Below are positions 13,296 through 25,501 of a stretch of DNA of 64,000 nt, in pieces. Source of the DNA: Octopus sinensis (Eukaryota); NCBI RefSeq assembly GCF_006345805.1, contig NC_043018.1, positions 18,910,001 to 18,974,000 on the forward strand, given 5' to 3'. The notes beneath the pieces are model-generated. The model was not told the origin of the DNA, searched no databases, and was given only the letters and a program-made list of their open reading frames with translations. A program made the translations under genes and the position numbers. Position 1 is the first letter of the stretch; each line of letters starts with the position of its first letter.

Positions 13296-13500
13296 GTTCA
13301 GGTCACTGCTTGGAATCGAACTCGGAATCTTGGGGTTAGTAGCCCGCACTCTTAACTACTACGCCATATACCCACGGGCATATGGCATAGTGGTTAAGAG
13401 CGTGGGCCACTAACCCCAAGATTCTGAGTTCAATCCCAGACAGTGGCCTGAATAATAATAATAATAACATCGAAAAATACCTTAGGAATGAGAACCCAGG
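13105..13500 (-). mobile_element. tRNA-headed, hammerhead-bearing element with a head-to-head partial inverted copy
   Basis: Minus copy runs 13373 to ~13105: A/B boxes, (AAT)n, hammerhead motif at 13167-13210, (ATGTAAATA)2 tail. The plus copy 13376-13500 mirrors 13228-13373. Confidence 0.75.
13167..13210 (-). ncRNA. Minimal type I hammerhead ribozyme (partly decayed)
   Basis: ACAC-CUGAAGA-A-GGCUG-GAGGGUGUAU-CAACU-GAAA-UG-UU-GUGU. Stem I ACAC/GUGU is perfect, the core is intact and stem II has one mismatch. Confidence 0.65.
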
Positions 13501-14311
13501 TGGTGATGATGACGATGATCGTCGTCATCATTCTGGTAATACTGATAATGATGAAAACAATCTTCATTATCACTATCATCATTATCAGGCAATTACAATA
13601 ATGATGACGATGATGATGATGATGATGATGATAGTGGTGGAGGTGGAGATGATGTCAATGGTGGTGGTGGTGGTGGTGGCAGCGGCGGTGATGATGATGA
13701 TAACGGTCACGACGATGACAACCATTGTCGTTATTGACACTGACACAAAAAAAGACTCATTACTGTCGTCATGCATAATAACCGTCTCAGTCATTATCGG
13801 TTGTTAACATCCATTCTTTCATAAACTCGTTTACTCTTCTATGAACAAAGAATTCAGGTCTCAGATTTATAAACCACCACAAACCTTGTCAAATTGCAAT
13901 TAGCTTCGTTAGCCACCACAAAGCATACAAACGCCCCTCTCTCTCCCTCTTACACAATCTCTCTTCTTTCTCTCTCTCTTACATTTTCTCTCTCTCTCTC
14001 TCTCTCTCTTCTTCCCCCTATCTATACAGCGACATATTTTTTTTGCAAGTGTTTTACGTCTATTTTTCACATCTCTCCTCTACACTACAACTGATTCCTC
14101 TTTTAACCACCAACATCTCTCACCTCATTTGCACATCATCATTCAGGTATACCAACACAAGACTTCCACCAGAATATGTTCCTCTCTTTTATTTCCAGCA
14201 TTTACAAATCTTCTACATTCAATACACACATCTCACATCTATCCACCCTCACTTTACACACAAACTTTATACATTGCCCACATTTCACAACCATACACCC
14301 TCGCACTTCTC

Positions 14312-14526
14312 TTTCACTCTTATACTCTTTTACTTGTTTCAGTCATTTGACTGCAGCCATGCTGGAGCACCGCCTTTAGTCGAGCAAATCGACCCCCGGG
14401 ACTTAATCTTTGTAAGCCCAGTACTTATTCTATCGGTCTCTTTTGCCAAACCGCTAAGTGACGGGGACGTAAACACACCAGCATCGGTTGTCAAGCAATG
14501 CTAGGGGGACAAACACAGACACACAA

Positions 14527-14561
<35 letters not shown>

Positions 14562-14724
14562 CGACAGGCTTCTTTCAGTTTACGTCTACCAAATCCACTC
14601 ACAAGGCATTGGTCGACCCGGGGCTATAGCAGAAGACACTTGCCCAAGATGCCACGCAGTGGGACTGAACCCGGAACCATGTGGTTGGTTAGCAAGCTAC
14701 TTACCACACAGCCACTCCTGCGCC
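14312..14724 (-). mobile_element. Family A SINE inserted into the 54-bp minisatellite
   Basis: It splits repeat unit 1 (14258-14310) from the main array. Confidence 0.9.
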
Positions 14725-15750
14725 TACACAAACTTTATACACTGCCCACATTTCATGACCATACACCCTAGCATTTTAAACACAAACTTTATACATTGCC
14801 CACATTTCACAACCATACACCCTCGCACTTCCCACACAAACTTTATACACTGCTCACATTTCACAACCATACACCTTCGCACTTCCCACACAAACTTTAT
14901 ATACTGCCCACATTTCATGACCATACACCCTCGCACTTCCCACACAAACTTTATACACTGCCCACATTTCATGACCATACACCCTAGCACTTTAAACACA
15001 AACTTTATACATTGCCCACATTTCGCAACCATACACCCTCGCACTTCCCACAAACTTTATACACTGCCCACATTTCATGACCATGCACCCTAGCACTTTA
15101 AACACAAACTTTATACGTTGCCCACATTTCACAACCATACATCCTCGCACTTTCCACACAAACTTTATACAATGCCCACATTACATGACCATACACTCTA
15201 GCACTTTAAACACAAACTTTATACATTGCCCACATTTCACAACCATACACCCTCACACTTCCCACACAAACTTTATATACTGCCCACATTTTATGACCAT
15301 ACACCCTAGCACTTTAAACACAAACTTTATACATTGCCCACATTTCACAACCATACACCCTCACACTTTAAACACAAACTTTATACATTGCCCACATTTC
15401 ACAATCATACACCATCACACTTCCCACACAAACTTTATACATTGCCCACATTTCACAACCATACGCCCTCGCACTTCCCACACAAACTTTATACATTGCC
15501 CACATTTCACAACCATACACCCTCGCACTTTAAACACAAACTTTATACACTGCCCACATTTCACGACCATACACCCTAGCACTTTAAACACAAACTTTAT
15601 ACATTGCCCACATTTCACAACCATACACCCTTGCACTTCCCACACAAACTTTATACACTGCCCACATTTCATGACCATACACCCTAGCACTTTAAACACA
15701 AACTTTATACATTGCCCACATTTCACAACCATACATCCCTGCATTACCCA
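14725..15750. repeat. 54-bp minisatellite, ~19 copies, two alternating variants
   Basis: Unit is CACAAACTTTATACA(T/C)TGCCCACATTTCA(CA/TG)ACCATACACCCT(CGCACTTCCCA/AGCACTTTAAA). Confidence 0.97.
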
Positions 15751-16030
15751 CACAATGCGTCGCCAGGGATTGAACTCGTGACCTTACGATCATGAGCTGA
15801 ATGCTCTCACCACTAAGCCACCAAAAACAACAGCAGAATTTAATGCACATAAAAAGGAATATTTGTATTGTTATTATTACTAAGGCACTGAGTTGGCAGA
15901 ATTGTTAGCACACAGGGCAAAATGCTTAGCGGTATTTCGTCTGCCACTATGTTCTGAGTTCAAATTCTGCAGAGGTCATCTTTGCCTTTAATCCTTTCAG
16001 GGTCGATAAATTAAGTACCAGTGAAACACT

Positions 16031-16627
16031 CAACAATGCACCCTTAAATATGGTTTCTGATTACAAATATCTTGGGTCATACATATCATCATCTGGAAAA
16101 GACTTTCTACCTAGAAAGGGTATGGCCTGGTCAGCCTGTAATGACATGCATAAGATCTGGTCATCAAATCTAAGTAGAGACTTCAAACTTGAAATATTCA
16201 AAGCCACAGTCGAACCAATTCTACTATATGGCTCAGAAACCTGGACATTATCAAAGAAGCTTGAGAGGCGGTTGGATGGAACCTACACTCGCCTCCTTAT
16301 GAAAGCTCAAAATCTCTCGTGGAAGCGCCATCCAACCAAAATGCAAATATATGGGAAACTACCACCTGTGTCATCTCTTGTGAAAGGTAGGAGAGTCCAG
16401 TTTGCTGGACATTGTTGTAGAGCTGAAAACGAGGCAATTTCTACTCTTCTCCTCTGGAAGCCATCTACTCGCAATACCAGAGGGCGCACACTCTTCTACC
16501 CTGATGTAATCTCCAGGGATACAGGCATCCAGCAACAGGACCTCCGTAATGCCATGATGGACCGTGAAGTCTGGCATAGCATGGTAAATTCCATTGTCTC
16601 GACCACGGTCGAACAATGATAATGATG
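16031..16627 (+). mobile_element. 5'-truncated RTE-type LINE (post-RT C-terminal region) with 11-bp TSD
   Basis: Encodes YKYLGSYI...ILLYGSETWTL...RRVQFAGHC...DREVW, ending in stop then (TGA)n. TSD AGTGAAACACT at 16020-16030 and 16628-16638. It is inserted in a family B SINE. Confidence 0.93.
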
Positions 16628-16646
16628 AGTGAAACACTGGGATTGA

Positions 16647-17008
16647 TGCATCACAACCATATGTACGCGAATGCTGACCTTGTGTCAAGATAAACAGCAT
16701 ATGACCTTGCAAGTGTGGGCCCAGTTAGAATTTTCTCCAGGTCGAGTAGCCCATCCCACTGAAAAAGGCCCCTGTATAAGGTTTGTTTAAAGATGATGAA
16801 CTAAACACCCATGTTTCCAGATGTGAATTATTCAAACCCCAAAGAATTCCTCTCAACCCATGGCTATGATGCTTCTCCACTACTCCTGGTCATGATCAGA
16901 GCTGGACATATTGTCAACCCCTAAGAGACATGCTCAACTGATTAAGGTCAAGCAACTGACAAGCAGATCTGTGGTATTGAGCAGAACTTTTGCTGTAGCC
17001 CATCTTTT
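16647..17008 (-). mobile_element. Family E repeat, partial
   Basis: Homologous to the internal part of 17028-17583. Confidence 0.8.
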
Positions 17009-17027
17009 TATTATTATTATTATTATT

Positions 17028-17581
17028 GAGTGAGAGAGCAGTTCATGCCATCAAAGTGACACTGGGGTAAAATATACGAAGCCCAATATACCCATCATGA
17101 CTACCCGTCTGATAAGGGTACACCAGGCACATGCATCACAACCATATGTGCACGACATGGTGATCTCATATCAAGGTAAACAGTGCATGACCTTGCAGGT
17201 GGGGCCCAGTTAGAATTTTCTTCAGGTCGAGTAGCCCATCCCGCTCAAAAGGTCCCTGAATAAGGGTTGTTTAAGGATGTTGAAAGAACCACCCATGTTT
17301 CCAGAGGTGAATTATTCAAACCCCAAAGAATCCCTCTCAACACATGGCTATGATGCTCCCCCACTACTTCTGCTCATGATCAGAGATGCACATATCGTCA
17401 GCCACTAAGGGACATGCTCAACTGGTTAAAGTCAAACAACTGACAAGCAAATCTGTGGTATTGAGCAGAATATTTGCTGTAGCCCATCTTTTATACCAAG
17501 ACAAAACAATGTACATGATGACACTTCCAATCAGTTAAGATCAGAAGTCATGAGAGCCACTGCCTGGTACTGCATCAGGGC

Positions 17582-17583
<2 letters not shown>
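17028..17583 (-). mobile_element. Family E repeat (~560 bp), flanked by (TTA)n on both sides
   Basis: Three copies are present in the window. The class is uncertain (probably a retroposon 3' region). Confidence 0.8.
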
Positions 17584-17615
<32 letters not shown>

Positions 17616-19484
17616 GTTATTATCATTATTATTATTATTATTAACGCAGTGAGCTAGCAGAATTGTTAGCACACCAGGCAAAATATTTAGCTGCATTCCA
17701 TCTATCTTTAAGCTCTGAGTTCAAATTCTGCCAAGGTCGACTTTGCCTTTCATCCTTTCAGGGTCAATAAATTAAATACCAGTAGAGTGCTGGGGTTGAT
17801 GTGACTGACTTTCCTGCTCCCCAAAATTTCAGGCCTAGTGCATTTAGTAGAAGGAATTATCATTATTATTATCATTATTTGCAAATCTCAATTATCAAGA
17901 AGAGGTTCTGAAGAAATAATAAACAAGAGAGGTCCAAGAGAAAATTTGGTAAATAGGAAAAAAGTTAAGAATTTTTGAAAGAATATGCTTAAATTAGCTC
18001 TGCAGAAAGAAGAGATCTGACACTAAAATGATCCAAAGACGAAAGAGCAGGAATGGAATAAAGATTAGTAAATGGGAAAAAAAAGGGGAGAAAGATGCAT
18101 AGATCTAGAATAGATATGAAAAATTGAAAGAAATTCTAGAGGGAATTACTCTAAGAATTAACATGAGAAATAGTTAATGATCCGATCAAAGAATGGATCC
18201 AATCACCGAAATATGTGAGGTTGCTGAAAATGAATGTGGCAAACTTTGGAATCAAAAGAAAATAAAGTAACTGGAAGACGGAGAAAATAAGGTGAAGAAT
18301 TTTATAACCAAGAAGCGGAGGTGTATAGGAATGTGTTAAAATAATTAAGGAAAGAAATTCCATTTGATACTTAACGAGATATGAAAATCACATTAAATAA
18401 AGCTAACACATGTTATTTAGGAAACTGAAGTGAAACCTGTTACCAGGAAGAGAAAATCATTCCTAACATCAGCATCAGATCACAAAGTTTAAAGACACGG
18501 TAGTTAAAAATCAATACCCCAGTTCATGACTGGTACTTTTGAAAGGATGAAAGGCAAAGTTGATTTTGGTGGGATTTGAACTCAGGATGTAAAGAGCTGG
18601 AACAAATACTGCAAAGCATTTTGTCCAATACTCTAACAGTTCTTCCAATTCCACTGTCATTGTTAATTCTGGAATGGATAATGGTAGAACTATTTTATGA
18701 TTATTTAGCTCAGTATCAACCTTGTTCCAGTTAACATACGATCAAAGGTAATCCAGTCATGACCATCCTGTCATTTTTAATGGTATGTCTATGACTATAT
18801 TATCAAATGTGGCCATTCCTTATTTTAGATGGAAGGGTGCATGATTAGCAAGTGCTTGGTTGTTATTTCTAGCAGGGCAAGTGTCTGTGTAGAGACTCCT
18901 TCATTGGCTCATGTAAAACTGTTAAATGAGGGAAGAGACTATGTTAATGAGAATATGTTAATGAGAATATGTTAATGAAAGTATTTTTAAAATGAATAAT
19001 AATGTTTTGTGTGCTGGAGAATGGCCGAGTAAATGGACAGACCAACTGCTAGTGAAATGCCAAAGAAAGGCAACAGCACAAACTACAAAAAGAAAAAAAA
19101 AAACAACTCCACAATTAATTTAATTAGCTGTAGATGCAAGGTGTTACTGTCTGTTTCATTTGATTAAATTAAGCCCACAAAATAAACGAGACAACAAACA
19201 TGTATCTGGCAACTTTCCAAAATAAATGAAACAATGTGAAGAAGATTTGTAAAGTTTGTATTGAAGCAGCCTTCACAGTTTGTTGCCTGGAGTGAATAAG
19301 ACGACCAAAAAACTGCAAATTGAAAGGGGTTGAAAGAGAAACCATACTGCATCATCTGTCATGTGCAGGTTAACAAGGAAAACATTCAGATATTAGACAG
19401 AGGAGTCTGTTGACAAACTATATTGCAGTCTTCACTCAATGCCAGTACAACCAGCAATCAGCCTCCACCTTGTTCTGGGAAGCA

Positions 19485-20125
19485 TGGAGTGGAAGCACAA
19501 ACGATGTGTACCCTAAAACTTAAATTACAAGAAAGAATCAAAAGGTGAATTCTTTGAGCTGAGCTAGTTGGCAGGAGACACACGGACAGACCAAGAACCA
19601 CGATGGTTAAATAATAATCCACAGTTTCAGTTGGTCGTCTTTGGGAATCCAGTAGGAAAGTCTAAAGAATGCTGCTTCCGGTTAGACCCAAGGGGGGAGG
19701 TCATCATCATCATTGTTTGACCGTGGTCGAGACAATGGAATTTACTATGCTACGCCAGACTTCACGGTCCATCATAGCATTACGGAGGTCCTGTTGCTGG
19801 ATGCCTGTATCCCTGGAGATTACATCAGGGTAGGAGAGCGTGCGCCCTCTGGTATTGCGAGTAGATGGCTTCCAGAGGAGAAGAGTAGAAATTACCTCAT
19901 TTTCAGCTCTACAACACTGTCCAGCAAACTGGACTCTTCTACCTTTCACAAGAGATGACACAGGTGGTAGTTTCCCATATATTTGCATTTTGGTTGGATG
20001 GCGCTTCCACAAGAGATTTTGAGCTCTCATAAGGAGGCGAGTGTAGGTTCCATCCAACCGCCTCTCAAGCTTCTTTGATAACGTCCAGGTTTCTGAGCCA
20101 TATAGTAGAATTGGTTCAACCCTCT
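19485..20125 (-). mobile_element. RTE-type LINE 3' end with ~230-bp extension beyond the first (TGA)n
   Basis: ORF 19710-20180 contains ILLYGSETWTL. The extension is shared with 55095-55330. Confidence 0.9.
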
Positions 20126-20510
20126 CAGGAATAATAGGTGAAGACAACAAATGGATATTCTGACAGAGAAATACATGCAATATTAATCAGACATCTACAA
20201 TAACTTTTGTGAGTTTAAAGCAAAATGTGTTTGACCATGTGACATGAGGCCAGATGACTATAGACTGTCAGTGTATTAATAGTAAATGTTTCAGAAATTC
20301 AGTAAATAACTAGTTGAAACTAACAGCTCAGGTCAGGGAAGGGTGTGTTCTTTTGTCAAACCTTTTCACTGTTTCTGAACTTCCATATAGTGTCTACCAA
20401 TTCCACTCACAAGGAATTGGTCAGTCTGTCGGGGGGGGGGGGCTATAGTAGAGGACATTTGCTAAACGACACGCAGAGGAACTGAACCAACATATATGTA
20501 TGTATACATA

Positions 20511-20831
20511 TTCTGGGTTATGCCATGAATAGTGCAGTTTTCTTATGCTTCGTTTATTTTTCAAAATTAAGATAAACAAAGTTCTTTTTTAATTTAAAAT
20601 ATACTCTCCTTCATTTTCTACAAGTGACAAATATGCTCCTTTGTCACTTCCATTATAGTTTTGAAAACAATAACAGTTAAAATTGAACTGCACTCTTCAA
20701 AACTTCCACTAAGAATAAGCACGAGGTAAAATTACTACCTGCTTTTATAGCAGTTGATGCAGGTAGTTTATCCTCCCGACTTTTAGTTCATGCAATTGAA
20801 AAAACTGTATTATTTATGGGATGACCCAACA
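20511..20831. mobile_element. Probable Tc1/mariner-type MITE (TA-flanked, imperfect TIRs)
   Basis: TA|TTCTGGGTTATGCCATGAAT ... ATTTATGGGATGACCCAACA|TA. Confidence 0.5.
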
Positions 20832-20906
20832 TATATATATATATATATGTATATGTATGTATGTAGGTAGATAGGTAGATAGGTAGGTAGATAGATAGGT
20901 ATATTT

Positions 20907-21895
20907 GCTGGTTCTTAAGACATACAGGCTGAAAATGTTGAGATAAGTTAAAATGTATCTTTGTCCTCAGATTAAATCTATCCATCTTTTGCTGCAGCCT
21001 CATCCTTTTAACTTAATCTAACTCAGCTTGATCTAATCTAACTTCATTTAATCTAATCTCATTTAATTTTACTTGATTTGATTTAACCGAAGTCAATTTA
21101 ATTTCATGCCTCTTTCATATCCACCATCAACATCTTCATTAATGCTTAATCTTTCTTGTTAATATTATTTAAATTTAATTTCATTTAATTTTTGATTGCC
21201 CCTCTTGTCTCCGGTTCAATCAAGGCTTGCTTATTTATTTTAATTAATTTGCCCTGTATTTCCTTTGACTTTGGCCAACGATGTTTGCTTATCGTTTAAG
21301 TTTAATTTCATTTGATCCTTGATTGTCTTATCTCCTCTGTTAACGATGTTGCTTTCATAACCCTGTACGCTTACGATATAAGCATGGCTTGCACCTGCAG
21401 GAAGTATAGAATTAACTATCAATACAATCTGACCAACTGGAATTATTATTAAAAGCACGTTACAATACTTATCTACCTACCTACATACCTACCTACATAC
21501 ATACATACATACCTACATACCTACCTGCCTAACTACCTACCCCTACCCTCCTATGGTTGCTTAGTATTATAGAAAAGCCCTCAAACTTCATTCTCCCTCC
21601 ATCACATCTATCCGCTGGTCCTTAAGACATACAAGTTGAAAATGTTGAGACAAGTTAAAATGTATCTTTGTCCTCACAGTTAATCTATCCATCTTTTGCT
21701 GCAGCCTCATCCTTTTAACTTAATCTAACTTAGCTTGATCTAACTTAATTTGATTTAATCTAATCTAATCTCATTTAATTTTACTTGATTTGATTTGACT
21801 GAAGTCAATTTAATTTAATTTCATATTTATTTTGTATCCACCCTCCCTCTCTGTCAACATCTTCATTGATGCTTGAACCTTCTTGTTATTATCTT
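20907..21895. repeat. ~270-bp direct repeat (20907-21175 and 21614-21895)
   Basis: Both copies start GCTGGT(T/C)CTTAAGACATAC and share the TTAATCTAA-rich body. Confidence 0.85.
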
Positions 21896-24800
21896 CATCA
21901 TCATTTAATGTCCACTTTCCATGCTGGCATGGGTGGGATGGTTTGGCAAGTGCCAGCCAGGCAGAAGCCTGCACCAGACTTCTATGTCTTGGCAGAATTT
22001 TTACAAGTGGATGCCCTTCCTAATGCCAACCACTTTACAGTGAGCACTGGGTGCTTTTAAGAGGCACCTGCACTGACGGGGTCACCAAGTACTTGCAAGA
22101 CAAAAAAAAATCTCTGGAGGAGATCTTGTGTTGGATGATGAAAGGTTATAGTGAGACAGCTAACCAGGTTGTACACGAGGGAGTCATACCCAATGACTGG
22201 TGTTACAGTGTCTTAGTCAATTGGTGAAGCTGTTTTTCCGTGAAAAGCGAATACACGCACACCTCTGTTTTATAGGTTATGCCATCCAACCCATGCCAGC
22301 ATGGAAAGTGGACATTAAACGATGATGATGATGAAATATATATATATATATATATGTATATATTATATTAAATTAGAGATAAAACCACTATTAGGCAAAT
22401 CATACAATGAAAAACTTAAGCCAATACATAAGATTAATTAATTTATATTATTTTAAATATATATCAAAATTCTTAAAAAAAGATAATGAGTATAACACTA
22501 TAATCGTTTCATGGCTATATATATATATATATATGAAATTCAACTTATGTTGAAATTCAACAAACAAAGTTTGCTTTAGAAGCGTCGAGATGTATTGAAA
22601 GGATACTTTATTTTACATTTCTTTCCTACAAGAGATTATATCCGATCTTTAGCATACTTCTGTATGTCTTCTCAAATCACGATCACGGGAAAAGTTGTTG
22701 ATAATTCTTAACAAAACCAAAGCTGATAAATACACACAAGTGTTGCAAAAATAAGTTTAGTTACCAATAAACATCAGCTTGGATAACACTTTACTCAACC
22801 AATTCTGATAGGTCGAAAGTGTCTTCTTGTCTCAAGCTCTGATTTTCTGCCCATTCTTGTTTGAACCTTTGATACGGAGTATTGAAATTTTTATCCCTTT
22901 CACATTTATGAAATGTCAAGCAAACTTTAAAATTTGTTGTCACAGTTTTAGCTGGGAGACCAAACTGACAGTTTGGTAACCCGCTAAAATAAACACTAAA
23001 AATTGAAAGGAGAAAATAAACAGCTTTGCGAGTGCAACTCCGTGTTTATTGAACAAGAGTGATGCAAAATTTAAGAAGCGACTTGTTAGAATATACACGT
23101 CTGTGAGGAGACATAAGCAAGAATAGCAAAAATCTACTATACCAGAAGAACTGGTAATACATACATTACAAGTGTTCTATGAAGAGAACATAAGATTGCT
23201 GAATAATTCAACATGAATGTGAAGTGACATTAAACATCATATAAGGTAAATGACGGTTTCTGTAGGAACACTACGTCATATTCATTTAGTGAGTTTACAT
23301 GTGCAAGGATGAATTATGATGTTGTCATCAGATTTAGAAGCAGTAAGAGCTAATGTCGGCAGGGATGAATTTCATTGTCTTAATGCGGAGAAAGCAAGCA
23401 ATAGCATTCTGGAGGAAAAACGCAAGCTAGACTTTTTAAGCGGAGAAAAACTGATTTATTTAAGGAAATTGCTGGGCTCCATTGCAATAGGTAGAAACTC
23501 CAAGCAATGGAAAATATGGCCCCAATAGTGATTACCAGCATGAACATCAAATTTCAAAAAGTAGTTAACCATTTAATGGTTTTAGTAAATTTATACTGTA
23601 AAAAAAAAAAGAGCATTATACCATCCAGGATAAATAAAAATCAACTTCATTATATTTTTTTCTCTAAAAGCCTACTTTGACAATAAATGAGTCAACTTCC
23701 GGTACAAATGTTGACATTTGTGCATCATTTTTCAACAAAAAAAAATTTCTAAAAAAATTCTGGAAATGATCTACTCATGTAATTTATGCACCCGCTAAAG
23801 TTTATTTTTGTTTTTGCGAAGAAAGTGCATAAATTACATGGGTTTTTATGGTATGTATGTATATATATATCATCATCATCATCATCATCATCGTTTAACG
23901 TCCGTTTTCCATGCTAGCATGGGTTGGACGGTTCAACTGGGGTCTGGGAAGCCATAAGGCTGTGCCAGGCCCAGTCTGATCTGGCAGTGTTTCTACGGCT
24001 GGATGCCCTTCCTAACGCCAACCACTCCGTGAGTGTAGTGGGTGCTTTTTACATGCCACCTGCATATATATATATATATATATCTGAATATATATATACA
24101 TACATATATATATATTCATTTACCTTAATGTTGTCAGTTCAAATTCTACTGAGGTCAACTTTGCCTTTCATTCTGTTGTGCAAAAGTATGACGTCCCCTG
24201 GTGAGAATGAACTGGACCCCTACATATAAATAGCAGCAGTCTGAGTAAGTGAGGTAGGTGATACTTCAAAGTTGGAGTTCAAAGTTCACAGTTTGAGTTA
24301 GCATGTTGGATTATTGGTTCTTCAAAGATTTATTGTTACATTCCATGTGGTTATTGCTATTTTTTTTTTCAATTATATTGTTATCACACTGTTGCAGTGT
24401 GTTTGTTTATCCATAAGGATATAACACATTCTCCCAGGTATGATAAAATAAGTACCAGCTGCATCTTGGAGGTGGGGGGGTGAATGTAATCAACTGATCC
24501 CCAACCTCAAAATTCAGGCCTTGTGCCTATAGTAGAAAAGATTATATGTACACAGTTTTTAACTAACAGAATCTTTAACAGTTCAAACAATGATTAAATT
24601 CCACCACATGTGACATGATCCATGAGTCATGCTTCAACTATTTCTAACCTGACACCTGACTCTTCTCATTAGTCTAACTTTACAACATGTTGACACATTC
24701 GGACATTGACTTCAGTCAGTGAAATGAAATTATTTTTATTGCTTTTGAAATCAGATATCTAATGAGATTTGGTAAATTACTTTCCAGGCAGCGTTTCCAA

Positions 24801-25093
24801 AGTATAAGACCACAATTTACAATTCATACGCTCATGCATGCATGCGTGCATGTGTGCAAGTAGTTTGTTTCTCAACTATATGGTTCACAGTTCAATTCCA
24901 CTGTGAACCACCTAGGACAAGTGACTTCTACCATAGCCTCAGGTCAACCAACACTTTGTGAGTGGATTTTGCAGACAAAAACTAAAAGAACACTTAGTGT
25001 GTGTGTGTGCGTCTGTGTGTGGTGTGTGTGCGTCTGTGTGTGGTGTGTGTGCGTCTGTGTGTGTGTGTGTGTGTAAGTGTATATATATATATA

Positions 25094-25383
25094 CCGGAGT
25101 AAACACATAAATGTGAAACAAGGTGGAAAAAAGAGTACTCAAATACCAGGGGTAGAGTAATATGCTTTATTTAAAGCAGCAGAAAATTCAACAAAACCTG
25201 TTACTCTGAGTTTCACGTTCCCATTTATCAGACAGCAAAAACTGTCTGACGAACGGGAACGTGAAACTCAGAGTAAGAGGTTTTGTTGAATTTTCTGCTG
25301 CTTTAAATAAAGCATATTACTCTACCTCTGGTATTTGAGTACTCTTTTTTCCACCTTGTTTCACATTTATGTGTTTACTCCGG
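25094..25383. mobile_element. Palindromic (fold-back) element in (TA)n carrying a hammerhead motif in each arm
   Basis: ~140-bp arms from CCGGAGTAAACAC to GTGTTTACTCCGG, centre ~25238. Confidence 0.88.
25242..25279 (+). ncRNA. Near-intact minimal type I hammerhead ribozyme
   Basis: CUGU-CUGACGA-ACG-GGAA-CGU-GAAA-CUCAGAG-UA-AGAG. The core is canonical, stem II is perfect with a GNRA loop, stem III is near-palindromic, the site is GUA, and stem I has one mismatch. Confidence 0.75.
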
Positions 25384-25501
25384 TATATATATATATACAC
25401 TTACACACACACATCCCGAAATTTAACAAAATCTGTTTCAACACGTGATTTCACATCAAGAATCTTGCAAAACAAAGTCATAAACGTATATATATATATC
25501 C

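Noticed and set aside
13376-13450. tRNA gene call (apparent ACT anticodon in the minus copy)
   Set aside because: There is no proper acceptor stem or terminator, and it continues into (AAT)n and element body. It is a SINE head, not a tRNA.
14725-15750. CRISPR-like array or zinc-finger gene
   Set aside because: Units are contiguous with no unique spacers, the context is eukaryotic, spacing does not fit C2H2, and the frame is broken.
18990-19355. Two hydrophobic exon-like segments on the minus strand
   Set aside because: Donors are weak, several frames are possible and no protein is recognisable.
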